A DNA stretch of 56,184 bases, the filler included, from Dugesia japonica (lineage: Eukaryota), in NCBI GenBank assembly GCA_001938525.1. It is 4 parts of 4 records of this genome, joined end to end, with 100 filler letters (N's around TTAATTAATTAA, not from the genome) between each part and the next. Parts side by side here need not be neighbours in the genome. Positions count along the whole stretch, not along the records: positions 24,976 to 41,167 come from MQRL01643476.1; 3 more parts are not named here. One strand, written 5' to 3'. Positions 24,876-36,184 of the stretch are shown piece after piece. Under the pieces are notes generated by a model, which had not been told where the DNA came from, ran no database searches, and saw nothing but the letters and a program-made list of their open reading frames with translations. Position numbers and translations under genes: made by a program. Each line of letters begins with the position of its first letter. Position 1 is the first letter of the stretch.

Positions 24876-27246
24876 NNNNNNNNNNNNNNNNNNNNNNNNN
24901 NNNNNNNNNNNNNNNNNNNTTAATTAATTAANNNNNNNNNNNNNNNNNNNNNNNNNNNNNNNNNNNNNNNNNNNNGTAACAACGAATTTATAATTAAAAT
25001 TTAAAACAATTATAGCACTGATGTGTTCTTAACAATGAGGAATTTCATACTAAAGTTAAGGTTCGAGATCTAGATCAACTTGTCTGGCCTTTACCAGCAG
25101 AAAAGGTTCAACGAAACAGCGGAGGTCAGTCTCATCCGGATGTAGGATAAGAGTCGAAGTCAAAAGGTGTCCGNTTAGCTGTTACTTGNGGGATCGTTCG
25201 CTTTCTTGTCNGATCAAATTTTTNACCTCACTTAAGCTGCCAGTCATATGTCTAAATGAGAATGGGTTAACATAAGTTAACTTGAGATAACCCTTAAGTA
25301 ATAGAGGTTAGAACTGCTTGGTCAAGGATATCCATACCAGTTTCATTATACTCGGGTTTACTTAGTAAGTTATTGTTGCGGGCCGTAACAGGGGTCTAAA
25401 CTGTGGAAAGAATGATCGACGCTAGTGTGCAAATCATGAATGCTAATGTCGGTGAACCTTATCATTCTGGTGAATCACGGGAATCATTACTAGGTCACAC
25501 AATAACCTGTCATAAAAATATGATGGTAACAACCCCTGGGTTCATAAAATTAACAACTGATATCATCATGCCAGCCTAATAGTAATCATAGTATACGTGG
25601 ACGTTCTAGAAATGTGTTATTTTACTACGAATAGAAAAATACACGGACTTATGTCGTGATTTGATAAAAATAAAACAATGACATTAACACGGCCATGAAC
25701 AAAAATAACCAGTGTGATAAACAACATAGCGATAATGGAATAGTGGTCGGAATGGAATTAATAATAATGGAANNNNNNNNNNNNNNNNNNNNNNNNNATA
25801 ATAACAGTCAGAATGATAATAATAATAGTAAGTATAATATCATCCGTATCCCAAGAATAATAGTAAATAGTAATTACAATATTAATAATAATAATTATGA
25901 TAGCAGTCATAATAACTCAGAAATAATAATACTAACTATAATAGTGAAAATAGTACTAATATTTATAATAATAGTAATAATACTAATGAAAATATTAGTG
26001 ATTTTAATAATCAAGAATCATCACATCAACCCTAAGGGACATTAATACTTGTGCAAGTATGATAACAATATGATATGACAGATATTAATAGCCGTAGTCT
26101 TATTAATAAAGCCTAGTGGTGACAGCGTTAATTGATGATAAAAATCCTGTTCATGCCAATGCATTACTTGTAATCATTTACTATAGATAATGATACTAAA
26201 CTAGATGTTCGTGACTCTAATATTTAACAACCACTATGATAACAATAGTAAAAATTTTAATGTGGTAATAATCATAATGATGATGTTCATCGTTTCAGAG
26301 GACATTCCCACGTTTACCCAAAAAAGGAATGAAATTTAGTAGACTACGTATCCCAAAATGGGGTGCTTTGAGGATTATACTGAACAATGAAATTGCCGTA
26401 ACGTAATCATACTTAAATTTAACAATTACCCATGCATTTGCAGAAAAATCAAAATTTGACGTCAAGCATTTTTATTAATATTAAACGAACTCAAGCTGAG
26501 AATGTTAATTGTAAATTAAGAAAAATTCCTATCAATGCTTCCGCGCACATTAATCATATCATAATAATACTTCTGAAATGTAATAAAATCAAAGTCTCGT
26601 AGAACCCTAATGGTCGGTTCTCGTTGTGGCCTGATTCGGATATGAGAAGAAAGGACAACATATACTTGAATTATACTGATATCAGGAGTAGTCGACATAA
26701 TTCCATACCTAGTATTTAGAAGAAATTTTCATTTGAATAAAGTTTTAATTTATGACATGCATATCTAGGTTAGATCCACTACTAACGGAATCTTAATAAG
26801 GTAAGTGAAATAATTGTTGACTGACGTGTATTTTATGCTATCATCAACTGAGGTCATCATTTTCTAAGGAGTGACTCATTGGTCTACTACTCGCAGGCAC
26901 ATCTACTATCTACTTAGCTGGTGTAGTAAATCCGGATTATTGATTTGGTGAGTTTAGTGTTACACAAGGAAAATTCACGTTATCAGTGTTGTAATTAACA
27001 TCAAGTGTGGTTATTAACTGTTTTAAAAACTGTTTAACAGGCAACGCGAGCAATAGTGTGGCTGCCACTAAGTAAGCAAATTGCCAATTTAGAAATTGTT
27101 GTCTAAATTAGTTATTTTTATAAACTTGATTTACCTTATCAAATATAAATATACATTTTTATTTTTTAACAATTAATTAAACACATAATAACAACACAAT
27201 TAAAACACAATTAAAACCAATTTCTTACTAGTAAAATTTAGGATTC

Positions 27247-28216
27247 TGTAACAGGTTTTCCGAAGTGACAAAATCAGGATTCAAATTAGAGTTCGTGAAT
27301 GATTCCTGTTTTTATTTTTAACAATTAACTCCAGTGAGGTTATACGATTTCTATTTATCTTGATCTTTTCCAATTAATACTAGGATTTCTCCTTGAACTT
27401 AACAGTATATACTCCAATAGTTAAAAAGTAGTCAATAGTTTTTAACTAGTTGATTTAAAAATAGTAGATGGGTTTTCCAACACTTAAATTCTATGAAAAT
27501 TGCTGATTTTTTTAACTTAATTTTTTGGGCGTTTTATACTATTTCAGATACAACTCGGGATCATCTCCATTGGCTTTCTATTTTTATTTTTGCTTTGGCC
27601 TCTCCGATTCTTGTCATGTCTATTACTCTAAAAATTTTCGAGATTTTTAGCTGCTTCATTGGTGCCTATTTTTAGGGTACCTCGTGTTTTCCATGCCTTT
27701 GTTTTTTCTTTATTTTCTGATCTGTAATTGGTTGAATCTCCAAAACATTTTCTTGACCCTTTTGATGTTGGTAGCTTTTTCATTTTGAGAAATTTAACCG
27801 CACCGAATAATTTTGCGTCGGGATTTTCTTATTAGATTTTTCTGAAATCTTCCAGAGCAAAGATTTCTACAAAAACTGATTTTCATTCAATTAATCTTCT
27901 TTTTCGGAGTAAATTAAATAATTTTTTCTTGTTAATTAATTATTATTTTTAACGATAATTTTCTTGTTTTTTCTAATAAATTATATTTTTCTTTAATTAT
28001 TGAAATTGATTCAAGCCAATATTTTATCCACCCGGTATTTTCTTTCTACATTTGGTATTTTCTTCTGACTGTTTTATAGATATAATCATTATAGGTTTAC
28101 CCAAATAATAAATATTCAAAATTAGTTTTTTTCCGGCCACATTCTTCACTTTATTATTTCCGATTAAAGACCCTTGGTTCTCATTTCCTTTTCCAATCGG
28201 GTGTTTTACCCCAACA
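27247..28216 (-). repeat. LTR-like interspersed repeat
   Basis: Minus strand starts TGTTGGGGTAAAACACCCGATTGG and is colinear with 40804-41167; the opposite end is tentatively TGTTACA. No TSD confirmed. Confidence 0.55.
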
Positions 28217-28495
28217 AATTTCTCCCTGTTTTGTTGAAATTCCGTCCGGAATTTGTCATTGCTTATCACCGCTGCAGAATCCCTTAACCTTATATAAAAA
28301 CAGATTATGAGAAAATAATTATTTATTAATAATCTCACCTAATAGGAATTGAGATATCTAAATATTAATATTTAAATAATTGCATTTCATAATTATTTAT
28401 CTTATGAAATATAGTTTGTAGTAGTAAAATAAAAATGTCTAACAATATGAATTCTGATTTACAAAATTAATTAACAATTGAAGATCTACCTAACA

Positions 28496-28508
28496 TGGTG
28501 GCAGTGGT
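28496..28508 (+). promoter_or_regulatory. Primer binding site, tRNA-Leu-like
   Basis: TGGTGGCAGTGGT immediately after the LTR-terminal CA; close to the complement of the tRNA-Leu 3' end (TGGTGGCAGCGGT). Confidence 0.7.
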
Positions 28509-28545
28509 AAATATCGATTCTATTACTGAGAGGTTATCACCAAAG

Positions 28546-29518
28546 ATGTTCTGCAGAGGAGATAATTTTGAGAAATTCATCAAGCGATGTGAATTGTATT
28601 TTGAAGCTAAAAACATCACTCATGAGAAAGATTTGTTGGAAGAATATGTAAAGAAGTTTTAAAAAATTGAAGGTTTTCAGGCTCGTTTACGTATGGCATT
28701 TGAGAAAGAGAAAGATGCTATCAAATATTTTCAAAATTTGATTAACTATAAGCGTGGAAATGAAGAGATTCAAGTTTTTTTTAAAAATGTACAAGATTTA
28801 GTGGAAAGATTATTTACAAATAAAGTTTTTAATAAGGAAAAAATGGTTGGAAAGATGCTAGTATATTGTTCAGATAATAAAAAGTTGAAAAAGAAGTGAC
28901 TTCGCGGAAACGAGAGAATATAGAAGAAATTGAAAAAACAATGACGTTAGCAGATCGAGTAGAGAAAAACCGAGATTGAGTTGATGCCGTTAGAAGTTAC
29001 GCGAGAGTTACAAATCGAAATTATCAGAAACCGGTAAATCATACAGTAAATAGCCATGTGGAACAAAGAAAGGAAAAACAAAATATCGAATGTTGGTCAT
29101 GTCATATGATCGGTCATCGGCAAGTTGTCCAACAAAAAAAGTGGTAGAGTGCTGGATTTGTCATAAAATAGGACATATAAGTCGAGATTGTCCGAACAAA
29201 AAACCAAAAAAATGTTTTGGTTGTGCAAAAGTTGGCCATATTAGAAGGTTATGTCAAGAAGTGAAGTGTAAACGATGTGATAATGGTGGACATAAAGCAG
29301 AGGAGTGTTACTCAAGTTTGAAAGCGAAAAGAACAAGTGAGAAATTTATGACTGAAGAAAGATCAAGAAACCGATATAATCGAGTACATGTGATTAAAGA
29401 TGAAGATGTTAGTACAAACGATGGATATGAGAAAGTATATGAAAGTGATTCTAAAAGGCAGTACTCAAAGTGCAGGGCTACACTAGTAAAGGAGTTGGTT
29501 CGAGCCATCCATTGTTAA
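28546..29518 (+). pseudogene. Gypsy gag with three intact and one degenerate CCHC zinc knuckles
   Basis: CWICHKIGHISRDC, CFGCAKVGHIRRLC, CKRCDNGGHKAEEC, plus a frameshifted CWSCHMIGH knuckle upstream. Confidence 0.85.
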
Positions 29519-30380
29519 ATAAAGTTAGTAATTATCATCAAGGAGTTGAAAAGTGGGATGATATAGGAAAAGTTACAGAAAAAGTTTCCAGATTCTTAAA
29601 GAGGGAAAATTTTGCGGATGATAGAAAAGTTGAAATGGTTAGAACAGTTGAAGCAGAAAAGAAAACAAATATTTCGTACCATAAATTGCAAGGCAGATCA
29701 AGTGTGACAGTATCAATTCAAGGAAATAAAGTCGAATGTCTATTAGATACAGGGAGTCGAATTAACGTGATGAATTTGAGTTGTTTTAATAAATTACGAG
29801 AAGCAAATTTAGAAATGAGTGATGAAAGATTGCGTACACTTGAAATTGTTGGGAAAGTTAGAACTGGAGTGATAATTGATGAAGTTTGCAAAGAGATTAC
29901 TTTCTTAGTTGCTNAAAGAGTAACACCAGATCTGATANGAGGAATAGATATGCAGAGAAATTTTGGATATCAGCTTATGCAAAAGATCTATAGCAAAATG
30001 GATGAAAAAGTGGAAAATTACATTAGTAATATTGAAGCGAAATTCGGAAGACAAATTAAAAAAGGAGAGCTATTGAGAAGAGCCTTAAATATTGTGAAGA
30101 TTAAAGAGGATCAACGGTTATTAAAAATAATTGAAAGTAAAGAAAATGCTTTTATAGCAGATAAATTGGATGTAGGACGCACACATCTGACAAGACACAA
30201 AATAATCAAAACTGGTGAACCAATCAATCAAAACCGTACAGACAACCAATGAATTTAGAATCTAAAATTGAAGAAGCTATCCAAAACCTTTTTGAGAATA
30301 GTATAATCCGGAAATGCAACTCCGTTTGGAATACCCCATTGATCTGTGTTTGGGAAAAAGAAAAGAAGGACATAAGAATG
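29470..30380 (+). pseudogene. Gypsy pol fragment: aspartic protease and RT N-terminus
   Basis: 'VECLLDTGSRIN', 'LIxGID', 'DVGRTHLTRHKI'. Confidence 0.88.
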
Positions 30381-30467
30381 TTAACTTCTGTCAGTACTCA
30401 TGGTTCTTATCGTGTTTTTTTTGTCCTCAACCACTATTCTATGTTCTGTTAGTTTGGCCTCATTTCC

Positions 30468-30707
30468 TCAACATTCCTGACTTCTTATCTCTCTTAGGGT
30501 TAGTAAAATGGTGGCTAGTATGATTTTTCTGCTAGGAATTTTGTTCCGAGGTGTGATTTGTATTAGTTGAATTGCCAAGACCGGCATTGATAACCATAAT
30601 AAAATTATTCCTGTGATTCCGTATATTATCCTTGATGTTGGATAGATACTTGAATGGCTGCACAACAGAGTGACATTCATAGTCTCGATTTTACGTTGCC
30701 GAAGCAT
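30468..30707 (-). CDS. Small ORF with a predicted transmembrane helix, downstream of the integrase-RING region
   Basis: Hydrophobic stretch 'IIYGITGIILLWLSMPVLAI'; no family recognised. Confidence 0.3.
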   Translation of the reverse strand: MLRQRKIETMNVTLLCSHSSIYPTSRIIYGITGIILLWLSMPVLAIQLIQITPRNKIPSRKIILATILLTLREIRSQEC

Positions 30708-31249
30708 TTGATTGTCTGAACAAAAGTATAGAGTTTTAATACCTTGAGATGCAGTAGCTTATCTATTATTAGTTATAGTCATAGTCTGTTGTTACTGTAA
30801 AGGAACATTATGAGAGATAGGTGTGTCTGTCATTTTAGATATACGCGTTTTACCCGACCACCTTAGTTTCTTGGTGGGTTATGAGTTATTTAGTGACTTG
30901 GTACTTTCCTCGGCTTTTACTTTTTGCTTTCCTAACTGGGTTTGGAAATCCTGATACAAGGGCTGATTGTCTTTTAACTTCTTTGCTTTCCTCTGATTGT
31001 CAACATAGTCCAAGGCTGTATTTTTCACCCTTCTGGTTATCTTCTGTAATTCTGTCTTGGTTTTCTCCTCATTTGCTGGTTGCACGACAGGTTTTGATTT
31101 CTGGTCTTTATCTTTTTCTGCTAATTCTCCCTCCCCGTTTTCTTCAGACTCAGCGTCCTCGCTGATAATTCTTTTACGTAGTAATGATTCGAACCCGCTA
31201 CCTGGTGAAGGATCAGCTGACTGTGACCATGATACAATCCAATCTCATA

Positions 31250-32040
31250 CCAGTAATATGAGGTGGAAGTTTTTGATAGGTCTTGTCAGTGTTTCGCTAC
31301 AAACACTGGTACAACGTTCGCATAACGCGCTTACCGTGTCTTGCGATAACGGTGCTTGAATTGATAGCTCGTGGTGCGTTTTCTTGCTGTATTTTGTACT
31401 TAAGTCATCCTGTCGCTATAACCAAGTTCTTTGAGCAGAGACAGATTTTAATGCTAATTTCAAATTGGTTTGGATTTTTCTTACACATGTGAGACAGCTT
31501 TCTTCGACCAATGTTGGTGAGATAGGGAATTTCACCTGCGTGGGGTGAATACAACTACTGTCCGCCATTGGCACATATATCCCTCCAGGTATTATGGGGT
31601 ACAATGTTGTGGTATCCAGCTCTTTAACGCGCTGACTTAACTGACCCAGTGCAAATACTGGTACTGATGCTTTACCGAATATCATCATAGCTTGTTGCGA
31701 TCGTAATGGGTAACTATGTAAGATAGTGGACTTCATAATTTTCAGATTTCCGTGGTCTATCCGGCCGCCTGGGTTCTGTAATAGCTAATTTAATAATTAC
31801 GGTCGAAGCAGGTTCATCTGTTGCTGCAGCCTTTTTACATAGGTAACGTGGTAGATCTTTGGCTTTTCCAGAAGGTTTTCTTTCTTTTGAACCTTCACGT
31901 TAGTCTCAGTTACTTCGATTACCTCATATGGTCCTTGTCATGGTCGTTTCAATTTAGATGTCGTGCCAACGGAGATGTCCGGCAGATTATCAGCACCATA
32001 TCTTCTTTTTTAAACGAATGTTCTACTGTGGTTTTATCGT
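31250..32040 (-). pseudogene. Gypsy/Ginger-type integrase C-terminus (GPY/F) with AT-hook-like motif and RING-like finger, decayed
   Basis: 'FKKEDMVL...SKLKRP*QGPYEVIEV...IYHVTYVK', 'PRRPDRPRK', 'HSYPLRS', then across frameshifts 'CLTC...ICLC...G*L...LCERC...PIKNFHLILLV'. Confidence 0.6.
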
Positions 32041-32046
32041 GAAAAT

Positions 32047-32505
32047 CCGTGGTTCCCAAACTCTTTTAACCCACAGACCCCTTTTCATAGTCAAAACTTT
32101 TCCATGAACCCTGGGTGAAAAACTACATAAATGCATAATAGAAAAATTAAATATTTAACTTTGATGTCTTGAATGGTAAATGATGACGTAAAAATAAAAT
32201 ATTAATAAAATATTGTGTTGAAGAAGTATTTGTTGAAATTATAACTTTTGTTTTAAAATACAAAAACAATAATGACTTGGATTACACTGATGGAATGTTA
32301 TGATTGTATTTATGTCTGACTCAATATTTGTGAGTAGCAACCACAAGTCCCCACGAGTACTAATTTCTAGTCGGTTTCTTTTTATTGTGACGAAGCTCGT
32401 AAGGGTACTGAATTCACGTTCTACCAAAAAAGAAAACGGAAAAGTAATCAACAGCTTTTGTACAATTTCTCATAATGCTGGATATAAAATTGGTATTTCA
32501 TAAAT
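32047..32505 (-). mobile_element. hAT (Buster/Charlie) 3' end with transposase dimerisation-domain remnant
   Basis: Terminus CCGTGGTTCCCAAAC; 'FPFSFLVEREFS...KRNRLEI..GDLWLLLTNIESDI...HQCNPSH'. Confidence 0.85.
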
Positions 32506-32515
32506 AAGATAAGGC

Positions 32516-32657
32516 TTCGATCAAAACAAAACAAAATTTATTTGTAAAAAAAAGTTCAAATTTTCGACAATAGTCTTCTTCTTTGTTCCTGAAGAAGACT
32601 ATTGTCGAAAATTTGAACTTTTTTTTTACAAATAAATTTTGTTTTGTTTTGATCGAA
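32516..32657. repeat. Near-perfect long hairpin (about 66-bp arms, 9-nt loop)
   Basis: Arms 32516-32581 and 32591-32657 are reverse complements apart from one homopolymer indel; runs into an N gap. Confidence 0.95.
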
Positions 32658-32708
32658 NNNNNNNNNNNNNNNNNNNNNNNNNNNNNNNNNNNNNNNNNNN
32701 NNNNNNNT

Positions 32709-35150
32709 CTGTTGGATTTTCCATCTCTAATGAATGGTTCTGATACATTAAATGATCCATTAACGATGATGGAAATTCCTTTGCAATTATGCTCAGTATT
32801 GGCGACAATGACTGTTCCTCCAATACATCTTCTTCGTCTAAATCTACTTTACTGGCGTCATATTTGATACTTCGTACTAGCTCCTTTCTTGTCGTAGGAG
32901 AGTATCTTGTGATTTGGAGTTCATTGNCACTATCCGATAATTTNTATGCTGATGGTGAACCGAATATTTCAAGTTGCTGCTATAGGGGTTTTCTTCGTCT
33001 CTCGAGACGTTTCTGTACCTTCTGATTGATCAGTTCTAGGTCTTAATATCTGGCTAGCAGCTGGTTGTGTACGTTGTTTAAATGCTTTTAATTTGTTCGA
33101 GGTTTCTCCCATTACTGGCCGAGTTTTTCACCTGCTTTAAACGGATCCGAGTCCTACCAAATGAGTGTACATCCGGGTTCTGGAAAAACCTACAGCGTAT
33201 TACTCCGGATTAAATCTATCTTCATTAACCTGATTGGGGTGGTTTCTTCTAGCTCTCCTCCTTTGTCCAACAATTTGTAGGGCGGTTTATATGGTAATAT
33301 TTCTCGTATATGCTTTACCACACCATAGACTGGTATGAATATCGGGGTCTTTTCCCCTTCGAGATCAATTATTCTAAATTTGATTTGCAGTGGGGAAGGT
33401 TGTTCCATCTCCGCCCGTCGTCTTTTACCCAAAATTTTAATGAATTGGATCGGATCCCATACATGTTTTTTTAGAGTGCTTGAATCAGTCTCCGCAATTT
33501 TCTCAAGTCTTCTACTGCTAGATTTTGTTGTAAAGCTACTTTACATCTCCTTATTATTTCTGGTTTGACTAGTTTGTCTTCGACTAATAATTTACACAGC
33601 TCTGGTAAATTATCCTCTGGCTTCTCGTCCTTCACTGGTGTGTTGGTTAGAGCTGCCACCATTTCTACCCGTTGTTTTCCTTGTTCTTGTTTGGTGAGTC
33701 TTTCTTTCTCAAATATTATTGGGTGTATTTTTTCAACATAATATTCCTCTATTTCTTGGGCTTTCCTTTTCCAAAATTCTTCAGGAACACGTGGTCGTCT
33801 TCCCTTCTACTCTTTAACCGTTACATAAATTTTATGTTAGGTGCCTGACCTTATTCCGGAATGTTTTACCGGTAGTCTCATCCATTCCTCCACAATTTCT
33901 TGATTGTAAAATAGCACAATGTCATCTTCCTGTAAATATGGAAGTGTTACTGAATGCTCGTCATCCTGAGTTTTTTTTGTTTGTTCATATTTTTCATAAT
34001 TCTTTTTCGGAACTTGGACTATGTGTCATTCATGTGTATAGGAAACTGTACCTCGCTTTCATCGGGAAATGTAACGGTTACGTTCAAATCTTCATTGACT
34101 AGCATTTTGCTTGTATTGTATAATATACCATCGACTAAATTCTCAGGCATTTTTCTTAAAGCCCTTAACTGATTTAGTTGCAGGATTAAATGTTTGATTC
34201 TGCTATCTCTTAGTAATTCCAAATTTCAGGCTTTCCACACTGAGTCCATGGGTACTTTTCTTGAAGGTAGCAAAAATCACTAATTATCTTGGCTTTACGT
34301 TCAGTTTGTTTATAGCTAAAGGGGCCTGCGAATTCTTGCTTTCCAAATTAAGCATGTATTGGATATGTTGTTGAGCATATTTCAAATTACGATTTCGATT
34401 TCCACTCCAAGTTTGACTCCGTAATCATATAAATGATGTTTTCTAGCGTTAAAATCTACTATGGCGTTTGGGGTGCATACAAACTTATTTTTTAGACATG
34501 AATATACTGTTTATCTGATGGCCAATTCCAGGTCTTCTACCATTAATCCGGTGAGGATTAATTTCATATTTCCCTCAAGATTGTACATCCACACTTGATA
34601 GTCTGATATTCCCATGTTTGATATTACCCAATCATAATGTACCGGTAACCACTCTATCCATTCATTCTCGAAATTTGTTACCAATTTCATGACTTCTAAT
34701 AACTATACTAGTTGATTGGTTAACCTTAAATCTACCTCTTTCTTGAATGTGTAATGAAATTTTTGTGTGGTTGATAATATCTCATCGATTCGAGCCAAGG
34801 ACAATCGTGATGCTTCCTTTTGTTCTACATCAGGATAGTCCCTTAGTCTTACTTGTTTGAGCCTTTTGTTTTTGGTATTCGTGGGAATTTGTGGAAAATA
34901 TTTCCTTTAGAAATGTTTCTTCTAAATTATGATACAACTCGTCGGTATCCTCATCCTTGATTACTATCTGTGGTCTGTATATTAAACCCCAATTGATCAA
35001 ATTGATTAATGTTATTTCATGAGGCCATGCCCCATAATAAATTAGACTTTTGTCATCCGGGAGCATGTAAATTCCAATATTGCCAATCTGTAATCTAAAA
35101 TGGCGCCAATTGCCAGCCCATTGATATTGATCGTTGAACGGAGGTAATTT
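32709..35150 (-). pseudogene. Long decayed intronless ORF with two ubiquitin-like domains
   Basis: Largely continuous reading frame with scattered stops and frameshifts. Ubl-like segments at about 33815-34087 and 33184-33390 align by eye to ubiquitin. Confidence 0.55.
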
Positions 35151-35239
35151 AAAAAATGAATTTTTTGTTAATCCCTGAGGGCCGTTTATCCCCGGCCGAT
35201 ATACTTTTTAGCATCCACTCAGGTGGGACCCAAACAAAT

Positions 35240-35800
35240 TTTACGTTTTCATTAGTCTTTTGATTTGTCTTTTATATATTATTATTAATGTTATTAATGT
35301 CTGAGTTGCATCTAATGTTAATATTTTCCGGAGCGATTAATAGTGATGTTAATATTTCCCATGGGAAATTCACTTCAAAATTCGAAAATTTAAACACAAA
35401 ATAGGTTTTTCCCATCGATTTTATGTGAAAAATCCATAAAAATCATTTAATCCCTTAATTTAAATGAAAATCTCAAAACTTTGTAAATTTAAACAAATAA
35501 TGAAAATTTATTTATTTAAAGAAAAAATCATTAATCTCACTAAATTTTTAACCAAAACGTTAATTTCCTTTAATTTAAACAAAAAAACAAATGAACTTGA
35601 CCTTAAAAACCCTATGATGACCTCATCAGGACACATCGATGGCTCATCAAAAATCGAGGCCAGTTGACCTTAAAAATTTCGACCAATCAAAAAGGCTAGA
35701 AACGTGTGTACGACCTATCAAAACGCCTAAAATGGTGACCAATTAAAATTTTCTCCCCACGGTGTATAGTAGCCCCGTGCGCCACTATCCATCTACTACT
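35240..35800 (-). mobile_element. Polinton-like terminal region (5'-AGTAGTAGATGGATAGTGGCGCACGGG)
   Basis: About 24 nt nearly identical to the Polinton B terminus at 19348; internal blocks are shared with 44297-44750. Confidence 0.65.
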
Positions 35801-36184
35801 AACGTTTTTTTAGCAATTATCGATTAGTACAGTCAGCACATTAAAACAGCACCAAAATGTGAACCTACACTTTCCACATGCATAGATATCATACTTGATC
35901 CGGTCAAAACAAAAGCACACTGAAATTATAAAATTTTAAAAACTTATTTATTCAATTTAAAAAATTTTCCATCATGAAAACAACATTTTATATACCTTAT
36001 ATTTATATATCCGTTATCTGGTGACGAGGGTGTGGTACCGTGCACCAGTATCCACCTACTGATATCATTCAAAAATTAACCAATTTGAAACTATAAAACA
36101 TCATTTTAGTGATAAATAACTAATCATAAATCAAAAAAAAACAAAAAGACATTTTATTTGTCTATCTGGAACATTTTAATCTTG

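Larger units (their letters stand above)
28340..30380 (+). mobile_element. Gypsy retrotransposon 5' half (LTR end, PBS, gag, protease, start of RT), 3'-truncated
   Basis: LTR end ...TAACA at 28495, PBS, CCHC gag, 'CLLDTGS' protease; RT start 'MNLESKIEEAI...WNTPLICV' is paralogous to that at 9596. Confidence 0.9.

Noticed and set aside
30879-31492. Plus-strand ORFs at 30881-31492, and antisense ORFs over the Gypsy and Polinton genes
   Set aside because: Shadow ORFs opposite recognisable coding sequence, with no motifs of their own.
19348-35800. One 16.4-kb Polinton bounded by inverted AGTAG termini
   Set aside because: The size is tempting, but the ends share only about 24 nt rather than a long TIR. 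The flanks give at best a 4/6 TSD match, a scaffold spacer lies between them, and the interior contains unrelated Gypsy and host-like DNA.
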